A stretch of DNA of 64,000 nucleotides from NCBI GenBank assembly GCA_964016885.1, contig OZ024746.1:5022001-5086000 (forward strand). Direction: 5' to 3'. A program made the position numbers and the translations under genes. The DNA is from Eledone cirrhosa. Lineage: Eukaryota. Within the stretch, counting starts at the first letter, position 1, and every line of letters begins with the position of its first letter. The notes beneath the pieces were generated by a model. That model did no database searches, was not told where the DNA came from, and was given only the letters and a program-made list of their open reading frames with translations. Shown here piece by piece: positions 35,065 to 49,007 of this stretch.

Positions 35065-35899
35065 GACCAAATAAATATATATATATTTTAAAAAAATAAG
35101 ACTCCAGCTGCATTTTCGATTTCATCTTTTTTTCTTTATATATGTATATATATATATATATATGTAGCTTGAGTCTCCTAGTCTTCATTAAGACATCTCT
35201 CTATAAAACCTGCGACCTCGTTTGCATCCAACAATGTAGACCAGTTCCTCTTTTTGGGCATTCGATGTTCAGAGAATGGGATTGGCCCCGTGTAAAGCCT
35301 TTCGTCACTTAAAAAACTTCAAGCACAAGGCATCGCTTGATATGTGACATTTGTTTGCGATGACATTGCTGGCCATAAACAAGTGACCAGCAGGACCACG
35401 AAGCCACGTCTGTGATGCTCATGCTTAAGTATCAAGCGATGGCATATATGTATGGCATATACATATATGTATGTCTCTGTATGTCTCTGTATGTCTGTGT
35501 GTCTTTCTCTACATCTGAAAAAGAAAGTGAACAATACCGAAAACAGTTTTTCATCCATTTCTTGATATATTTTTTAGTGGAATTGGTTACTAAAAATCCA
35601 ATATTTTTTACAATTTTGTTATCAGTTTAGTTAATTGTAATTCATGTCTTCTTCTTCTTCTTCTTCTTCTTCTTCTTCTTCTTCTAAAATGAGGATTTCT
35701 CTTCAATCATCCTTGAATTAAATTGAATCCTTACAACTGTTTTATTTTACACAAACACGTGACAGTAATGGCGACAATCTTAATTAACGATTGGCTGTTT
35801 CTAATTTCAGTCACTGATTACTGATTCCAATTATATTTTATTTGTGTAGCAGACATTGTAACTTTCTTAATTAGTGATTCACCAATTTTCATTTTAGTT

Positions 35900-36350
35900 A
35901 TGAGATTTCTGAAGATGGAAACCTGTAAGTGACTATTAGGGGTGATAGTTGATACTGTGTAAGGAGAAAAGCTTCCTTCTTAAGGACAAGAATTCGAAGG
36001 ACTTTCTTTATCTTTATTGTGAAAAGAAATTAACAATGAATGGCACTATGAGGAAGTTAAGCGGCGGTGACTTCGAAAGAAATGGAGCTCACATTCCAAC
36101 CAGGCTCAAGCAGTATTGTTCCATCTCATTGGATAAAGGTTTCAAGGAATGGAACCATCCGGAGAACATTCTTCAAGGATGATCAATTCACAGAAGACGT
36201 AAAAAAATTGCTTAACACTTCGTTGGTCTTTTTGATATCACCCACGATCAAAGACCAATAACTTTCTCATTCAAGTTTTCAATATCTACCGAAGGTAACG
36301 CCCAGCTTCTAACACCCTTGGAGAGAACGTGAAAGAACTAATCAATAATC
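35900..36350 (+). mobile_element. Possible highly degenerate mariner transposase remnant
   Basis: Fragmentary similarity to a mariner C-terminus (QPGSSSIVPSH ~ PYSPDLAPSD; EDVKKLL); many disruptions. Confidence 0.3.
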
Positions 36351-37235
36351 AATATATATACATCAAATATATTTATGTGGATGTATATATGATTATGTAT
36401 GCATTGACAGACTGGGTCAAAAATATTGGTTGCCAGAAGACAAAGAGGTCCCACCCACAACTACAATTCTATTATTTAATTTTTATATCGAATAAGTAAA
36501 ATAAAAAAAAATTCTCTCTATTTCTGTGTATGTAATTGACCGAAAAATTGTAAAGTAAAAATACGGATATATAGAAAATATTAAGAATTACTAACCTTCA
36601 CCAATAAAAAAAGATCTTGTGAAATATACACAAGATGTTTTTTAATAGAATCAACGGAGACAAACTAGAAAAATTACCTTATTTCACCCTCCAATATTTG
36701 GGACTCGAGAGTAGGTGAATTAAAATAAGCAAGAATTTAGGTCAATAGACATTATTTCTAGATAATATTCTTTATAGATTCCACGGTATTATAATATTTG
36801 CCACTTCAAGTTATGACATATCAGTCAAGTTTCAGACAGAATTCCAGTCAATATAGTTCCAAACGCGACATAACAAATTATTTTAATACTGATTTGAAAT
36901 CAGAGCCTACTTTTCAGCAGTTAGTATTGATTTCTAACATTGGAACAGGTCAATTCCCAATACTTTCTGTGGTATAGTCGGTTAAATCAGATCGATAAAA
37001 GGCAAAGCTGATCTCGGTGGGATTTGATCTCAGAAAGCAAAAAACCAGAACAAATAGCAAAAGATATTTTATTCAACGCTTTAGAGATTCTGTCATCCAG
37101 CCACCGGTTTCAACTGCTAATATTAAAATTGCCACGAGGTTGACCTTTCTTTGGATAAAAGAAAATACAGGAGGATCAGTTAATTATGATTTTATTCAAC
37201 ATATTCCCCTCTCAGATTCACACACTTATTGCAGC

Positions 37236-37485
37236 AGTCCTACCTCCCCTGTAAAGGTAACAACGCTACCATTTCACAGTCCTACCTCCCTTGTAAAGGT
37301 AACAGCTCTACCCTTTCACAGTCCTAACTCCTCTGTAAAGGTAACAGCTCTACCCTTTCACAGTCCTACCTCCCCTGTAAAGGTGACAGCTCTACCCTTT
37401 CACAGTCCTACCTTCCCTGTAAAGGTAACAGCTCTACCCTTTCACAGTCCTACCTCCCTGTAAAGGTAACAGCTCTACCCTTTCG
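37236..37485. repeat. 42-bp minisatellite, 6 copies, inside a mariner-type MITE end
   Basis: Unit cagtcctacctcccctgtaaaggtaacagctctaccctttca, followed by caggagcttttcagcagcctctcgTA. Confidence 0.9.
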
Positions 37486-39311
37486 CGATACCCTTAAAAT
37501 CAGGAGCTTTTCAGCAGCCTCTCGTAAGAATAGTAAAAATCAAGAGCGAAAGGTTTTCGGACTCAGTGGGTACTCTGACCCCACATAGACAGACTGTTCT
37601 CACTGTTGTGTATATGGGTTGCCCATATTTATTTTGTTTGTGTTTGCCTCTTTTTTACGTTCTGAGGTTAACATTGATTTTCTTCATTCCGGAGTTGATA
37701 AAATAAGTACCAGTTATATACTTAAAATATAACCAATATATATTTTCTCTCTCAAAGTATGTATCCTTTTAGAAACCAATAATTTATTTCTGTTGTTAAT
37801 ACTGTAGTCAATATCATATCCTGTCAGGAATTCCTTGAATATTTTATGAGATTTTTCAAATGAATTCTTTTTATTTACTACTTTTGTGAAAGATTTTGAT
37901 ATTTATGTGAAGAAGAATGATTACAAATACCTATACATATTTTCTGAGTATACTGGACTGTTTGCAAACAACGAAATCAACAGTAAAAGTTAGAAAAAAT
38001 CGAAATCACACGACTGTCTTTCATTTTATTAAATTTCCCTTGAAACAGACGCCAGCGGCAAAATTTGTCATTAATTGGTGAGAAACAGGGAAAGCTGGCG
38101 CTTTGAGTGTCTTGCGAGATTTCATATTGATGTCGGGCCGTGAAATTGAATTTCTCTGACTGTCGCATTAAATACTGAATATCTTGAAGCTTTCAATAAA
38201 ATTCATTAATTGACATTTAAGCATTCTATAGAGTTTTCAACAGAAGTCATAATTTCATATAACAGCAGCTAACAGTTCGATCAATGCTAACTCGATATGA
38301 TCGATAATAAAGCATTTATGTAATAAGTCGGCTTTGACAAGTAAGCAGCAAGGAAGAAGCGATTGAATTAATTAGTCTAGATAGCTGAGAAAGGTGAAGG
38401 CAGTCGTGTCTCCACATATTGCCTCAAGTTATTGTTATAAAATTCCAGAGGTGTTACAAAGATAATAGACAGTAGATGGCGTTAGCACGCCTCTAGATGG
38501 CGCTGGCACGCCGCTAGATGTCGTTTATATTTATAATTTAAGTTAGGCGGTTAATTGCCGAGCTCCTTCGTAAAATCGAAACGTTAGCAACTGGTCTGAG
38601 AAAGGAGCCCCGCGAGGTGGGATGGCTGTTGCAGCGGGTGTCGCTGGTTAGTGTCGCTGAAATGTCTTTACAGTTTTGTCCGAGAGGCGCAGCCAAAACA
38701 CCGCCCACTCTAGGTATATAATCTGTCATACTTCTCTTCCTCTCTCTTTCTTCCGTGGCCTAATACTTCTTGCTAACTGTCCTTGCTATTTCCCTCCTTT
38801 TCTTCTCATTTATGGCATTTATGGTCCTTTCCTCTTCCTTATACAGCCAGATCTACCTTTCTCCCCCCCCCCTCTTTAAAAAAAATATTTCCATCATTGT
38901 ATAACTTCTGTCTGTAAAATATAGTTGACATATGTTTATGTATAACAGATAATTGTTTCTACTTTAGGCACAAGGCCAGCAATTACCCAGTACATTACTG
39001 GTACTTTATTTTATCGACCCCCGTAAGGATGAAAGGCAAAGTCAACCTCGGCGGGATTTGAACTCAGATCGTAAAGGGACGTAACTATGCTGTAAAAATA
39101 TAAAATGCTCATTTGCAGAGTCGGATAGAATACTTTGCGGTATTCGATCCAGCTCTCTGCGCCCTGTTGGAAACTAAAAATCTAAACCATTGTTTATCTG
39201 AAGCTAGTGAAAAGGTCTCTATGCGGTCACCTGACCAGCTAAAAGTATCTGCCATGTCTGTAAAATCGCACCCTACTGTCTTTTACAGACCTATTTGGAC
39301 AATGTAGTTAA

Positions 39312-39710
39312 TAAGGCCAGATGGGATGACCATCCTCCCGTTCCGCGGCGGCAAACCCCTCGTCTGGGATGCCACTTGCACCGACACTTTCTGCAGCCGC
39401 AACCTGGTGCAGTCTGCGACTAACCCAGGTTCTGCTGCACGTCGGGCTGAGGAGGCCAAACTCCTCAAATACCAGTTGCCCTCCGACAGGTTTGCCGTTG
39501 TACCCTTGGCAGTGGAGACTTCTGGTGTCCTCGGCCATAGGTCTACCACCATAGGCGCTGAGCTGGCCAGCCGCAGGTGTCAGCCCCGCGAGTTGGAGTG
39601 GCTTTTCCAGCGCGTCTCCCTCGCCGTCCTCCGGGGAAACGCCTTCTCCATTCTGTCCGCCGGGGCTGTGGGAAGACAAGCCGATTATATTACGAATTCT
39701 GTTGAATAGT
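39312..39710 (+). mobile_element. CRE-clade non-LTR retrotransposon 3' end (restriction-like endonuclease)
   Basis: RPDGMTILPFRGGKPLVWDATCTDT..AARRAEEAKLLKY..VPLAVETSG..QRVSLAVLRGNA (PD..D/E..K type); further remnant at 38540-38720. Confidence 0.85.
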
Positions 39711-40192
39711 CTTAAATACTTCAATACTTTGAGAAGTGTTTTCTATGTAACATAAATAATGCAGTGTAAAAAGACGAGATGATCATAGCTAAAATCTTTC
39801 TGATTATAGATCTGCTCAACCAGCTTGACCTTGGGCTAAACAACCACAACAAAATGTCCAATGCTTTTCTTCATTTCATCAAAACTGTCTTCTTTATTTT
39901 GGTCAAATATAGCAACGCAGACTCGTATATCTTCATTCTTGACACTCCTAGTTTTAGAACAACTTCATTTTAGAAATATTCAAGAGTTTATTTACAATTT
40001 ATCAACGATCTGTGATCTGTGATCTGTGTCTATTTATGGTTTAATGTTGTAAATTTAGTAGCTCTCACCGAGGCATCATTATAGGCTGTGGCTTTCTGTC
40101 TGATGAAATACAGACTTAGATTCTCTCCCTCTCTTTCTCTCCACTCCCATATATATACACACACATACATATATATACATGTATATATATAT

Positions 40193-40280
<88 letters not shown>

Positions 40281-40391
40281 ATACATGTATATATATATAT
40301 CAACCATTGTAATACGCAATATGCATCTGTAGCTTTATACGTATCTCCGTCTTTCACTCTTTACAAGATACAGAGAGAGTGAGAGAGAGAC

Positions 40392-40427
<36 letters not shown>

Positions 40428-41769
40428 ACATACATATACATGTAGTGAATTAACTATCTCAATCATATTGCTACAAGAAGTTCGCTTTCTAATCGCAATG
40501 TCCTGGGTTCTACTTCTACATTTGTCTCTGCAAACAATTATTTATCAGACATTACTCATAAATTGAGCCCTGTATGTCATTTGTAGATATCTACTGAAAA
40601 TTTATGCGATTTATATGCTAAGAATAAATTGTTTAAACAATTTTTATCTTTAATCACTTCCATGTATCAGTAATCAACACAAACTACGGCCCAATGTCAG
40701 CAGGAGGACACCCAGGAGTCATAAACTGGATGCCGCCCGGCCCCTTAAGAGAGTCTTCTTTGAAGACCTTCTGCTGTCCAAACACGATGCTTCATACGTG
40801 GTTTGGAGGTTGTGGTGTAGATCGATAATTTATGAAATCTTTCCAGACATGGTGCCAAAGGGAAGTGGCAAACAAGCAAGACGTTTAAAAGATACATTGA
40901 GATGCGCTTAAATACAAAGGTACCTAAAGAATACGTTCGAAAGAAAATAATAATACGGAACTTTTCCTAAATATTGAAATGTTTTGTTGAAATATTTGCT
41001 CTCATTGGTATATTCAAATGTCACACTAAACATTATTCGGCAATTTCTACTTTTTTCCTCATGAGAATCCTTCACATCATTCACCATTCTTTGATACATG
41101 TTGGGTTATTCTCTTCACAGCTGTTTCAGACATTCTATATAGTGGATATGTTTGACACCTCTCATTCGCAGAGTCTTCTTCGTATTCTGACAAAGGAATA
41201 TCTTAGCCTACCTTTGAGATTTCACTGCGCATAACAAGGAAACTCGAAAGAAATGAATATATATTACTCGAATGAATACGGACTAATTGAATTAAAACAC
41301 TTAATGTTCGGCGATGTGATAGTGTACATGATACTAATTTCTAGCACAGGTACATCTTATAGAGAGAAAGCAGTCGATTATAAAATATCAATCAAGTACT
41401 AGCATTGATTCTTCCTAATCTCTCTTTCTCTTTCACTCACTGTTTTCTCTTTCTCACATTCAATCAGCTACGTTGTCCGCGAGAAGAATCATAGGAGACC
41501 CGTCATTTCATCCCTTTCAACAGAAAGGGAGAAGGGGTGAATGAGTAGCTAAGTTAATCATCTTATAGCAAGACTATATACTACTGAAAAGGCCCAAGTA
41601 CGGCTCAAGGCTCAGTACAACACGGAACGGTCTCCGAGAACAGTCGACTTTAGTAATTGACTAGTATATTATTTTATCGATTTCAGAAGGACGAACGGCA
41701 AAGTTTTTGAAATTAAGGGTTTGAAATTAAATTGGAATAAGACGAGATTAACTACACGGCATTTTGTCG

Positions 41770-42128
41770 GACGTGCTGCAACTTCGTTACTCGATAGAGT
41801 GCGTAGCTTGGAGTCTAGAGAGTCAATCCAGGTAGAGTCGCTACTTCTCCAGATTGAGAGATCGCAACTCCGATACTATAGGCATGAGGTTAGAATGTCT
41901 CAAGATAGAATCACTGGACAGATTTTACGGACATAACTAACCGACAGGAGACCCAGGGGTAGACCCTGAGCAGGATGGTTGGATAACATCCATGACCTTG
42001 GCTTGTCTCATTTGGGAATTCAGCCGGATCTGTTGGAGACAGTTGCTTCTGACAGGACCCACTGGAAGGAGTGTTTGAGGGCTCTGCTCCCACGACTCTC
42101 TCAGGAATAAGTGGACGAAGAAGAAGAT
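41770..42128 (+). mobile_element. RTE-type LINE 3' fragment
   Basis: LLDRVRSLESRESIQVESLLLQIERSQLRYY..RRPRGRP; (GAA)n tail. Confidence 0.8.
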
Positions 42129-42405
42129 GCTGATTTCTTCCCATCTTTAACGCTGTTGAAATTGTAACATCGGAATCGTTTCATTATGGTAAAGATTTCG
42201 ATCATATCATCGATTCTTTTCGATATTTAAAGGTGTTAAGAGTGTAACATAGGAACACATGTGGGGACTAGTAGACTATAATAAATGGACAATAATGCCA
42301 CACGCTTCACTCTAAGCAGATCTGGAATATTTTATATAATTTCATTATCTGAATCTTGTTTACCCACCCAGTTATTAATCGATCGAATCAATGTTTTACT
42401 ATTTT

Positions 42406-42502
<97 letters not shown>

Positions 42503-42569
42503 GTGTGTGTGGGTCTGAGTGTGTGAGTACATTTGTGTATATATATATATATATATGTGTATGTGTGAA

Positions 42570-42610
<41 letters not shown>

Positions 42611-43234
42611 TAGTTGTTTTAAAACAAAAAGCCATTACCTCTGGAATTCTGTCAAATGATATTTTCGTCTCCTCCCAACCTAATCTAATGACTTTTCACG
42701 GTATTAGATGAGTAATGACGTTTTAATAATGTTTGTGAAGCCGAGAAACGAACAATAACAAAACCAACAAATAAAATAAAATAGAAAAAAAAAAAGAACA
42801 AGTTTTTCTTTGAGCTAATAGGATAATCCTTTTTGAAAACCCTGGGTTGTTGTTACGCTCTGATGTTTTAATTTCCTTTGATTCTGTGCACATATTAAAA
42901 GTCACGGAGTTAACATAATCCTGCATCCTTTTAAAGGTAAGTTGTAACTAGCAGCAGCCTTTTTGTTTTCATGTTCTTGTTGCTATTGTTATTGTAGGCT
43001 GAGGGTTAAATGGCTCCAAGGAGTGTATTAAGTGTTCAAGTTGTATTTAGTAGGTTGACAGACTATAGTTTTCCAATAAATGTACAATAGTGAGTAGTGT
43101 AAATAGAAGAAGATGTAAATATTGCGGCTCTGTTTCGGTCCTGAAACGAACCTCACAATTATAACGTTTTCTTTCTCCTTCCACTTTAGTATATGGAAGT
43201 AACGTTTATAATACACTAACAATTGCTAAGACAC

Positions 43235-43900
43235 AGTATTGTGATTCTTCTTCTTATCGTGTTCACAAGAGTTCCAGAGCTTGGCTAGATGTGGTTCTAC
43301 CACAGCTGAACATATTGCTGTCCTTATATCCACAAGAGCGCCAGTTACAAAGCTTGGATAGATGTGGTTCCACCACAGCTGAACATATTGCTGTCCTTTC
43401 TCATTAAACTCTGCCAAGTCCAATGTTGCGCAGGGGTGTTCCAGCAGGGGACATATCAGGAGGTGTTACGTAGTCTGCGGTTCGATGTCAACACTCCCAT
43501 CCTTTAAATATCCCCATTTTTACCAGATTGACTTTAGCACGTCCAACACCAGATCTTAGTCTATTGAGGCATTTCCACATTGCATAGTTTGTATCTGTCC
43601 CGGGAGGCAATGCCTCTCGCCTTTAGCTCCATTGTTGTTACAGATGGGAGCTTGTTAAGTTTTTCTTCCCAGCGAGTGACTCTTTCACTACTTATGCTTC
43701 ATGTTCCAAGGGGCGTGACTTTCTTTAGGAAACTTTTCTTTAGGCGGCTTTTTGCTGATACCGTTCGGTTAAACATCTCAATATTTCTCTTGGATGATTT
43801 ACTGGTGTCTACTCTGTTGCAAACATTCGGACCAGGTTTCCCGTTTGGAGATGGTTTTCTCTTTTCTTCCCACCAATCCTAGAGAAACTGAAAAGGATCA
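43235..43900 (-). mobile_element. RTE-X-like LINE 3' remnant
   Basis: Minus strand reads WKCLNRLRSGVGRAKVNLVK and DLAEFNEKGQQYVQLWWNHI; ~40-bp 3' segment duplicated at 43285/43358. Confidence 0.65.
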
Positions 43901-45627
43901 TAAGTGCTGTTCTTCTTGTAAGAATCGTTAAGTCAACTTAGTCGAGATTTTAACTCTGTGTGAAGTGTGACAAAATTAAACACTAAACACTTTGTGAAAC
44001 GATTCTTCACTGTTGTTGCATTTCCTACTTAAAACAATTTCGTTTCATGTATGCTACTTATGACCATTGGAAGGACGTATACAACTCAAATTATCGTTTC
44101 CATATTCTCTACATTTATACGGTATCTGAAAATGATTTAAGATAATCCAATATTAGTTAATAACACAGCATTATTGCTGTAAACGAAAATGTTAAATTTC
44201 TATTGAATCGAGTCTACGACTTGGATTTAGTTGACGGTTAAATCTAATTTATTTTGCAGCAATTCGGGAAAGATCAGATTAGTGTATATTCTCAGATAGC
44301 TTTAGTAGTATTTTAAGAGTAACATTGGCAGAAGGAAACTTTGTGGAAACCGGTAGGAAGGATCGTTTCTGTTCTTGGGTGGTAGATTTAACTCTTAACA
44401 TCCTATAATAATTTAGTAGAAAATATATCTAAAAATATATTCACACAAACACACAATAAGAATAGCCAATACATATACACATAAGTGTAACACATCTTAG
44501 AACACTGATTGCTGTTTTCTACAGTTTTCTCTCTGCCTTTTCCTCCCTCAGTCCCTTTCAGTGAGTGACGGACAAATATATAAATATACACACATTCGCT
44601 ATTATCATAGTTGATTATTTACTATTAATACATGGACGACATCGAAGAATGTCTTCAATTATGAAATATTCATATATCTCACAGACAATATTCTGACAAT
44701 ATCATAGGTTAATTCCTTTAACCAAAGTTAAGTCATACGTAAGAAAACAACAAGAAATCTAACAAAACAAAAAAACAAAAAGAACACGAAGAGCAAATAT
44801 TTCTCATGTCAGAATATATAAGACATTGTGAGTGAGAGGTGTCAATTGTATCAACGAAGCCAATCAACTCGTCACAATCTGATATGATTGCATTTTTATC
44901 AGTTTTGTATTGTTTGTGTGTGTAATTAATCATACGTGGATGGCACGGATGACACGCCCATTTATTAGTACACAGTTAACGAGATGCCTTTCTATTTATT
45001 ACCATAATATATTGGTTTTACTGCTAGTTTTCTAACTGATATGCTTATCGTTCAAAGAATGACTTCATGACTCTGCACCGAACTATAATGATAATTTCAT
45101 ACGGAAGATATATTATATAAAAGCATTATATAATTTACCTATGACATATTAATGGTATTTGATGATATTAACACGAGGTGGATAGATGCATATATTCTAT
45201 ATGAAATCAATTACTACTCGATAGCAACACACACAGTAAATAGACTATATGACATAAGCGAGAAAATTGCATGCAGAGTGCAGCTAAATGCATTTCTGCC
45301 AGTATTTATACAGTTATCGATTTTAAAGTTAACACAAACTAAAATCGATTTCTTTCACTAAAGTAGTTGCCTTTCCTTTTCAAAGAATCGTGTCAGGTGA
45401 TAGATACCCAATCTATCTGACTTGAAGAACTTTTCACTTTATTCATGTTTTTCCGGAGACACAAAAGATGTTTCACATACATCAGAGTTATAAACTGTTA
45501 CAGCCGTGACGTTCCACTTGTTAGTGACGGTGATGGTCACAATCTCTCTCTTATAGAAGTACAGTTTGGACCAGTTCTAGTTACACTACCACGAAAGATT
45601 TGCAGCCCTTTTGGTGGCTGTCTAAAT

Positions 45628-45708
<81 letters not shown>

Positions 45709-45902
45709 ATAATAATAAATTTGAAGACTAAAATCCAAAGAGGGCTCGATAAGCAGCGATTCTTTGCTTAAACTTTAATCTGTTATTTTAATAAATATGT
45801 ATATATATATAAACAATGAGTTATTTGGTTTGTTGATTATTCAACAAAGTTAATTTTACAACAGATTAGAAGCACTCAACAGTATTTACCCGGAATATCA
45901 TT

Positions 45903-45983
45903 AATATCAATAATATTAGTAAATGGAAAATATCTTTATAAATATGATTTTATAAAGATATTTTCCATTCATTAATATTATTG

Positions 45984-45988
<5 letters not shown>
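45903..45988. repeat. 40-bp-arm AT-rich inverted repeat (hairpin)
   Basis: aatatcaataatattagtaaatggaaaatatctttataaa-tatgat-reverse complement, 2 mismatches. Confidence 0.9.
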
Positions 45989-46031
<43 letters not shown>

Positions 46032-47180
46032 ATTAAATAAATGGAAACTATATTTATAAAACCATATTTATTTTATTATATATATTTCAAGGGTACCAAA
46101 ATACATTGGCACGCTTTCCTCAGATAAAATACAAAGTTTGTTTTATAAATAGAGACATAACCAGGGAAATCATACCTTATCAGTTGAATATTCTCTGGAT
46201 AGTGGAAATGTATTAGGGATTTTTCAAACTTATGGGTGAATATGCAAATGAATATGTAAATAATTGAAAAACAACCGTTTATTTAAACGACTATGGAGAG
46301 AGAGAAGAGAGAAGAGGAGAAGGACAAAATAGTGAGAGAGAGAGAGAGAGAAGAAAGAAAACAGGGCAGATGAATAAAAAACTCATATAACGTTAATTTG
46401 AGGGAAATATATTCGATCAATTATCTATGTATATATGTAAGTATATATCTTAATAGTATGTGTATTTATATTAAAAGGATATTTTACGATTATTAGTTGT
46501 TTAAAATTTATTTATAATATAATATTTTTCTTCTGTTATAAGTAGATAAATAGATAAATAAATAAATAAATAAATAAATAGATGGGTATATCATGTTATA
46601 GATAATTGTTCTAATGAGTTATGAGGGATATTGGTTTTGTATTTTATGTAAATAAATGTGTATTTAAATTGAGAATGATTTAAAATTAAGTTAAATTAAA
46701 TTAAATTAAATTAACTGAGTTAAGTAAGAATATTTATATTTATATGATTGAAAGGGAAGATAAGGAAAAAACTCCGGTTTTATTTATTTATTCGTTAGTG
46801 TGAGACTATTTAGTCAAAATAAGCATTTAGCCAGAACAGTTAGTGGTTATTAATCTATTGAAAAAAGTTGAAAAAATATTGAGAAAATATTGAAAAAATA
46901 TTGAAAAAATATAGAAAAATATTGGATATTGAAAAAAAAAAAGTGTTGAAAGAAAATGTTGAAACATTTATTTGAGAATTAAAAAAAAATTTTTTTTAAG
47001 AGATAAGTAATTTTTATGATATAAGTAATTTTTATTTAAGTAATTAAAAATTAAAAAAATTAGAATTATATACATATATATTATATGAACATTTTTTAAG
47101 AAGTGGAAGTTACAGCAAATGTTAGAGATAGTTTTATTGTTCTATAATATTACTCACCTTCTACATATATATCTATATAT

Positions 47181-47888
47181 CTCTGATTTATCTGAATTAT
47201 TGAGCCCTCTGCCACTCATATAGAATTTTGTTTATCGTGAACTCGTGCGCCGATTTTTCGATACTCGATTATTCTACTATATTTAGCTCTAGACTTAGCT
47301 ATTGACCAGTTAATTTTATTGTTCATTTTTTGTCGATTCTATTAAATGATGAATAGCTCCTGTTTATTTTAACATGTCTATTGAGCACTCTTATTCGATA
47401 TGTGATTTTCCACATTCCCGAATATTTTTCGCGGATATAGAGGTTATCTCCCTTGCTGGATTCCATGTGCGTTTTCAGCTAGGGTTGTGCTTTTTTATTC
47501 GTCTGGACAAAGCTCGTTAATAAAGTATTTCCTGTCCGCCGCTCCCTAGAAGTCTTATATATTTTTATGTGGGCTGATAGTGGACGATTTAAGGATTTAC
47601 AGAAACCCAAGAAGCTAGATTTACCACCATTCTAGTGGGTCCGGGTAAGCTTTTTACATTCATATGATTTATTGATTTATTGATATTTTATCTGAGTGAC
47701 CCGAATCTTCCGGATCGTAATTTTTCGGTCGTATGGTTGATTTTAGACATAATCTATGTGTGTTGGTATTTTAACGATAGTTATAGCTCTGATTTATCTG
47801 AATTATTGAGCCCTCTGCCACTCATATCGAATTTTGTTTATCGTGAACTCGTGCGCCGATTTTTCGATACTCGATTATTCTACTATAT
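47181..47888. mobile_element. Unclassified element with ~102-bp terminal direct repeats
   Basis: 47181-47282 matches 47787-47888 (1 mismatch seen); TA-rich flanks. Confidence 0.6.
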
Positions 47889-47946
47889 ATATATAGATAT
47901 ATAGATATAAATGTATGTGTGTGAGAGAGAATGCGCGCGCGCGCGC

Positions 47947-48013
<67 letters not shown>

Positions 48014-49007
48014 CCAGCGTTCGAATCGGAGACGCTGGCCGCGAAACACGAACATCAGTGACAACAAACGCGCTGAGTGAATCCCTTATGCTTGATTCCT
48101 AACCTGCTAGAAATAGCAGTCAGGTTGGTTAGCATACCCAGGATGTTATTTTACTTTGGTTTTATCAACTTAGTATCAATAAACCTTTCTGGGTACACAT
48201 TTATTCTATTGGTGTACTTACATTTTGATTGTCAGTTTTTGTTTTTGTGTCTTGCACGAAGGAACCAACCAACCAACAAACAAACATCTCTCTTTTATAC
48301 TATGTATAGATTATACTCATGAATATACGTGTGTGTGTGACAGCTCACACCTATGCAGGTTTAGCTGGCCTCCTCCAAGGTATATCTCGTTGGAGTTGTC
48401 TTGGGTGATTTAATGATAGGGACCTCAATCCTATCATCTCATTTCTACAGCTGAGTAAAACTGAATATGTATATAACTATTATATATAAATGGGTGGAGT
48501 ATGGTGTAATAACTAACGAAAGAAAGCCCAGTATGGTTGTAAATGAATGTGATACAACGAAGCGTGATAAAAAAGCAGGAAGTCACCAATAAGAACAGAC
48601 ATATCTTGGAGTAAGGATTGCTTCCCATCTGTTTATATTTCAGCATTCAATTTAGGTCAAGTCAGTCGTCTGTTTGGTCAATCAAAATTGTTTCAACATC
48701 GCTTTTAGACTTACTAGTTACACCTCATTACAAACTTATATTTCCCTATAGCAGTTCTTTAAAACTTGTATTGTGCACATCTATTTTTTGTCTTGGTTCT
48801 TTCTAACCTTGATTTCATGCTGCCGATAGTGAAATGATTGACAAGAAATCAATTGAATGCTTTCTTTGAGGATTCATTGATTTTTACCTGGCTAGATACA
48901 AATTCCTCATACATTTAGAAGAAGGAGAAATAAAATGTTGAAAGTCATGCCTTTCAGTAGGGTTGTATGTGAAGCTTAAAATATCAACTGAAGGTTGAAC
49001 CTGCTTA

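Larger units (their letters stand above)
34775..35140. mobile_element. Fold-back (inverted) Penelope-like pseudo-LTR pair in (TA)n
   Basis: Arms meet at ctgtgg-tt-ccacag (centre 35002-35003); ~43-bp internal duplication in left arm; single-arm copy at 63314-63490. Confidence 0.7.

Noticed and set aside
48434-48646. Short minus-strand ORF with a hydrophobic segment (type-II membrane protein-like start)
   Set aside because: No recognisable domain or downstream exons, and it runs into a SINE; unsupported without RNA data.
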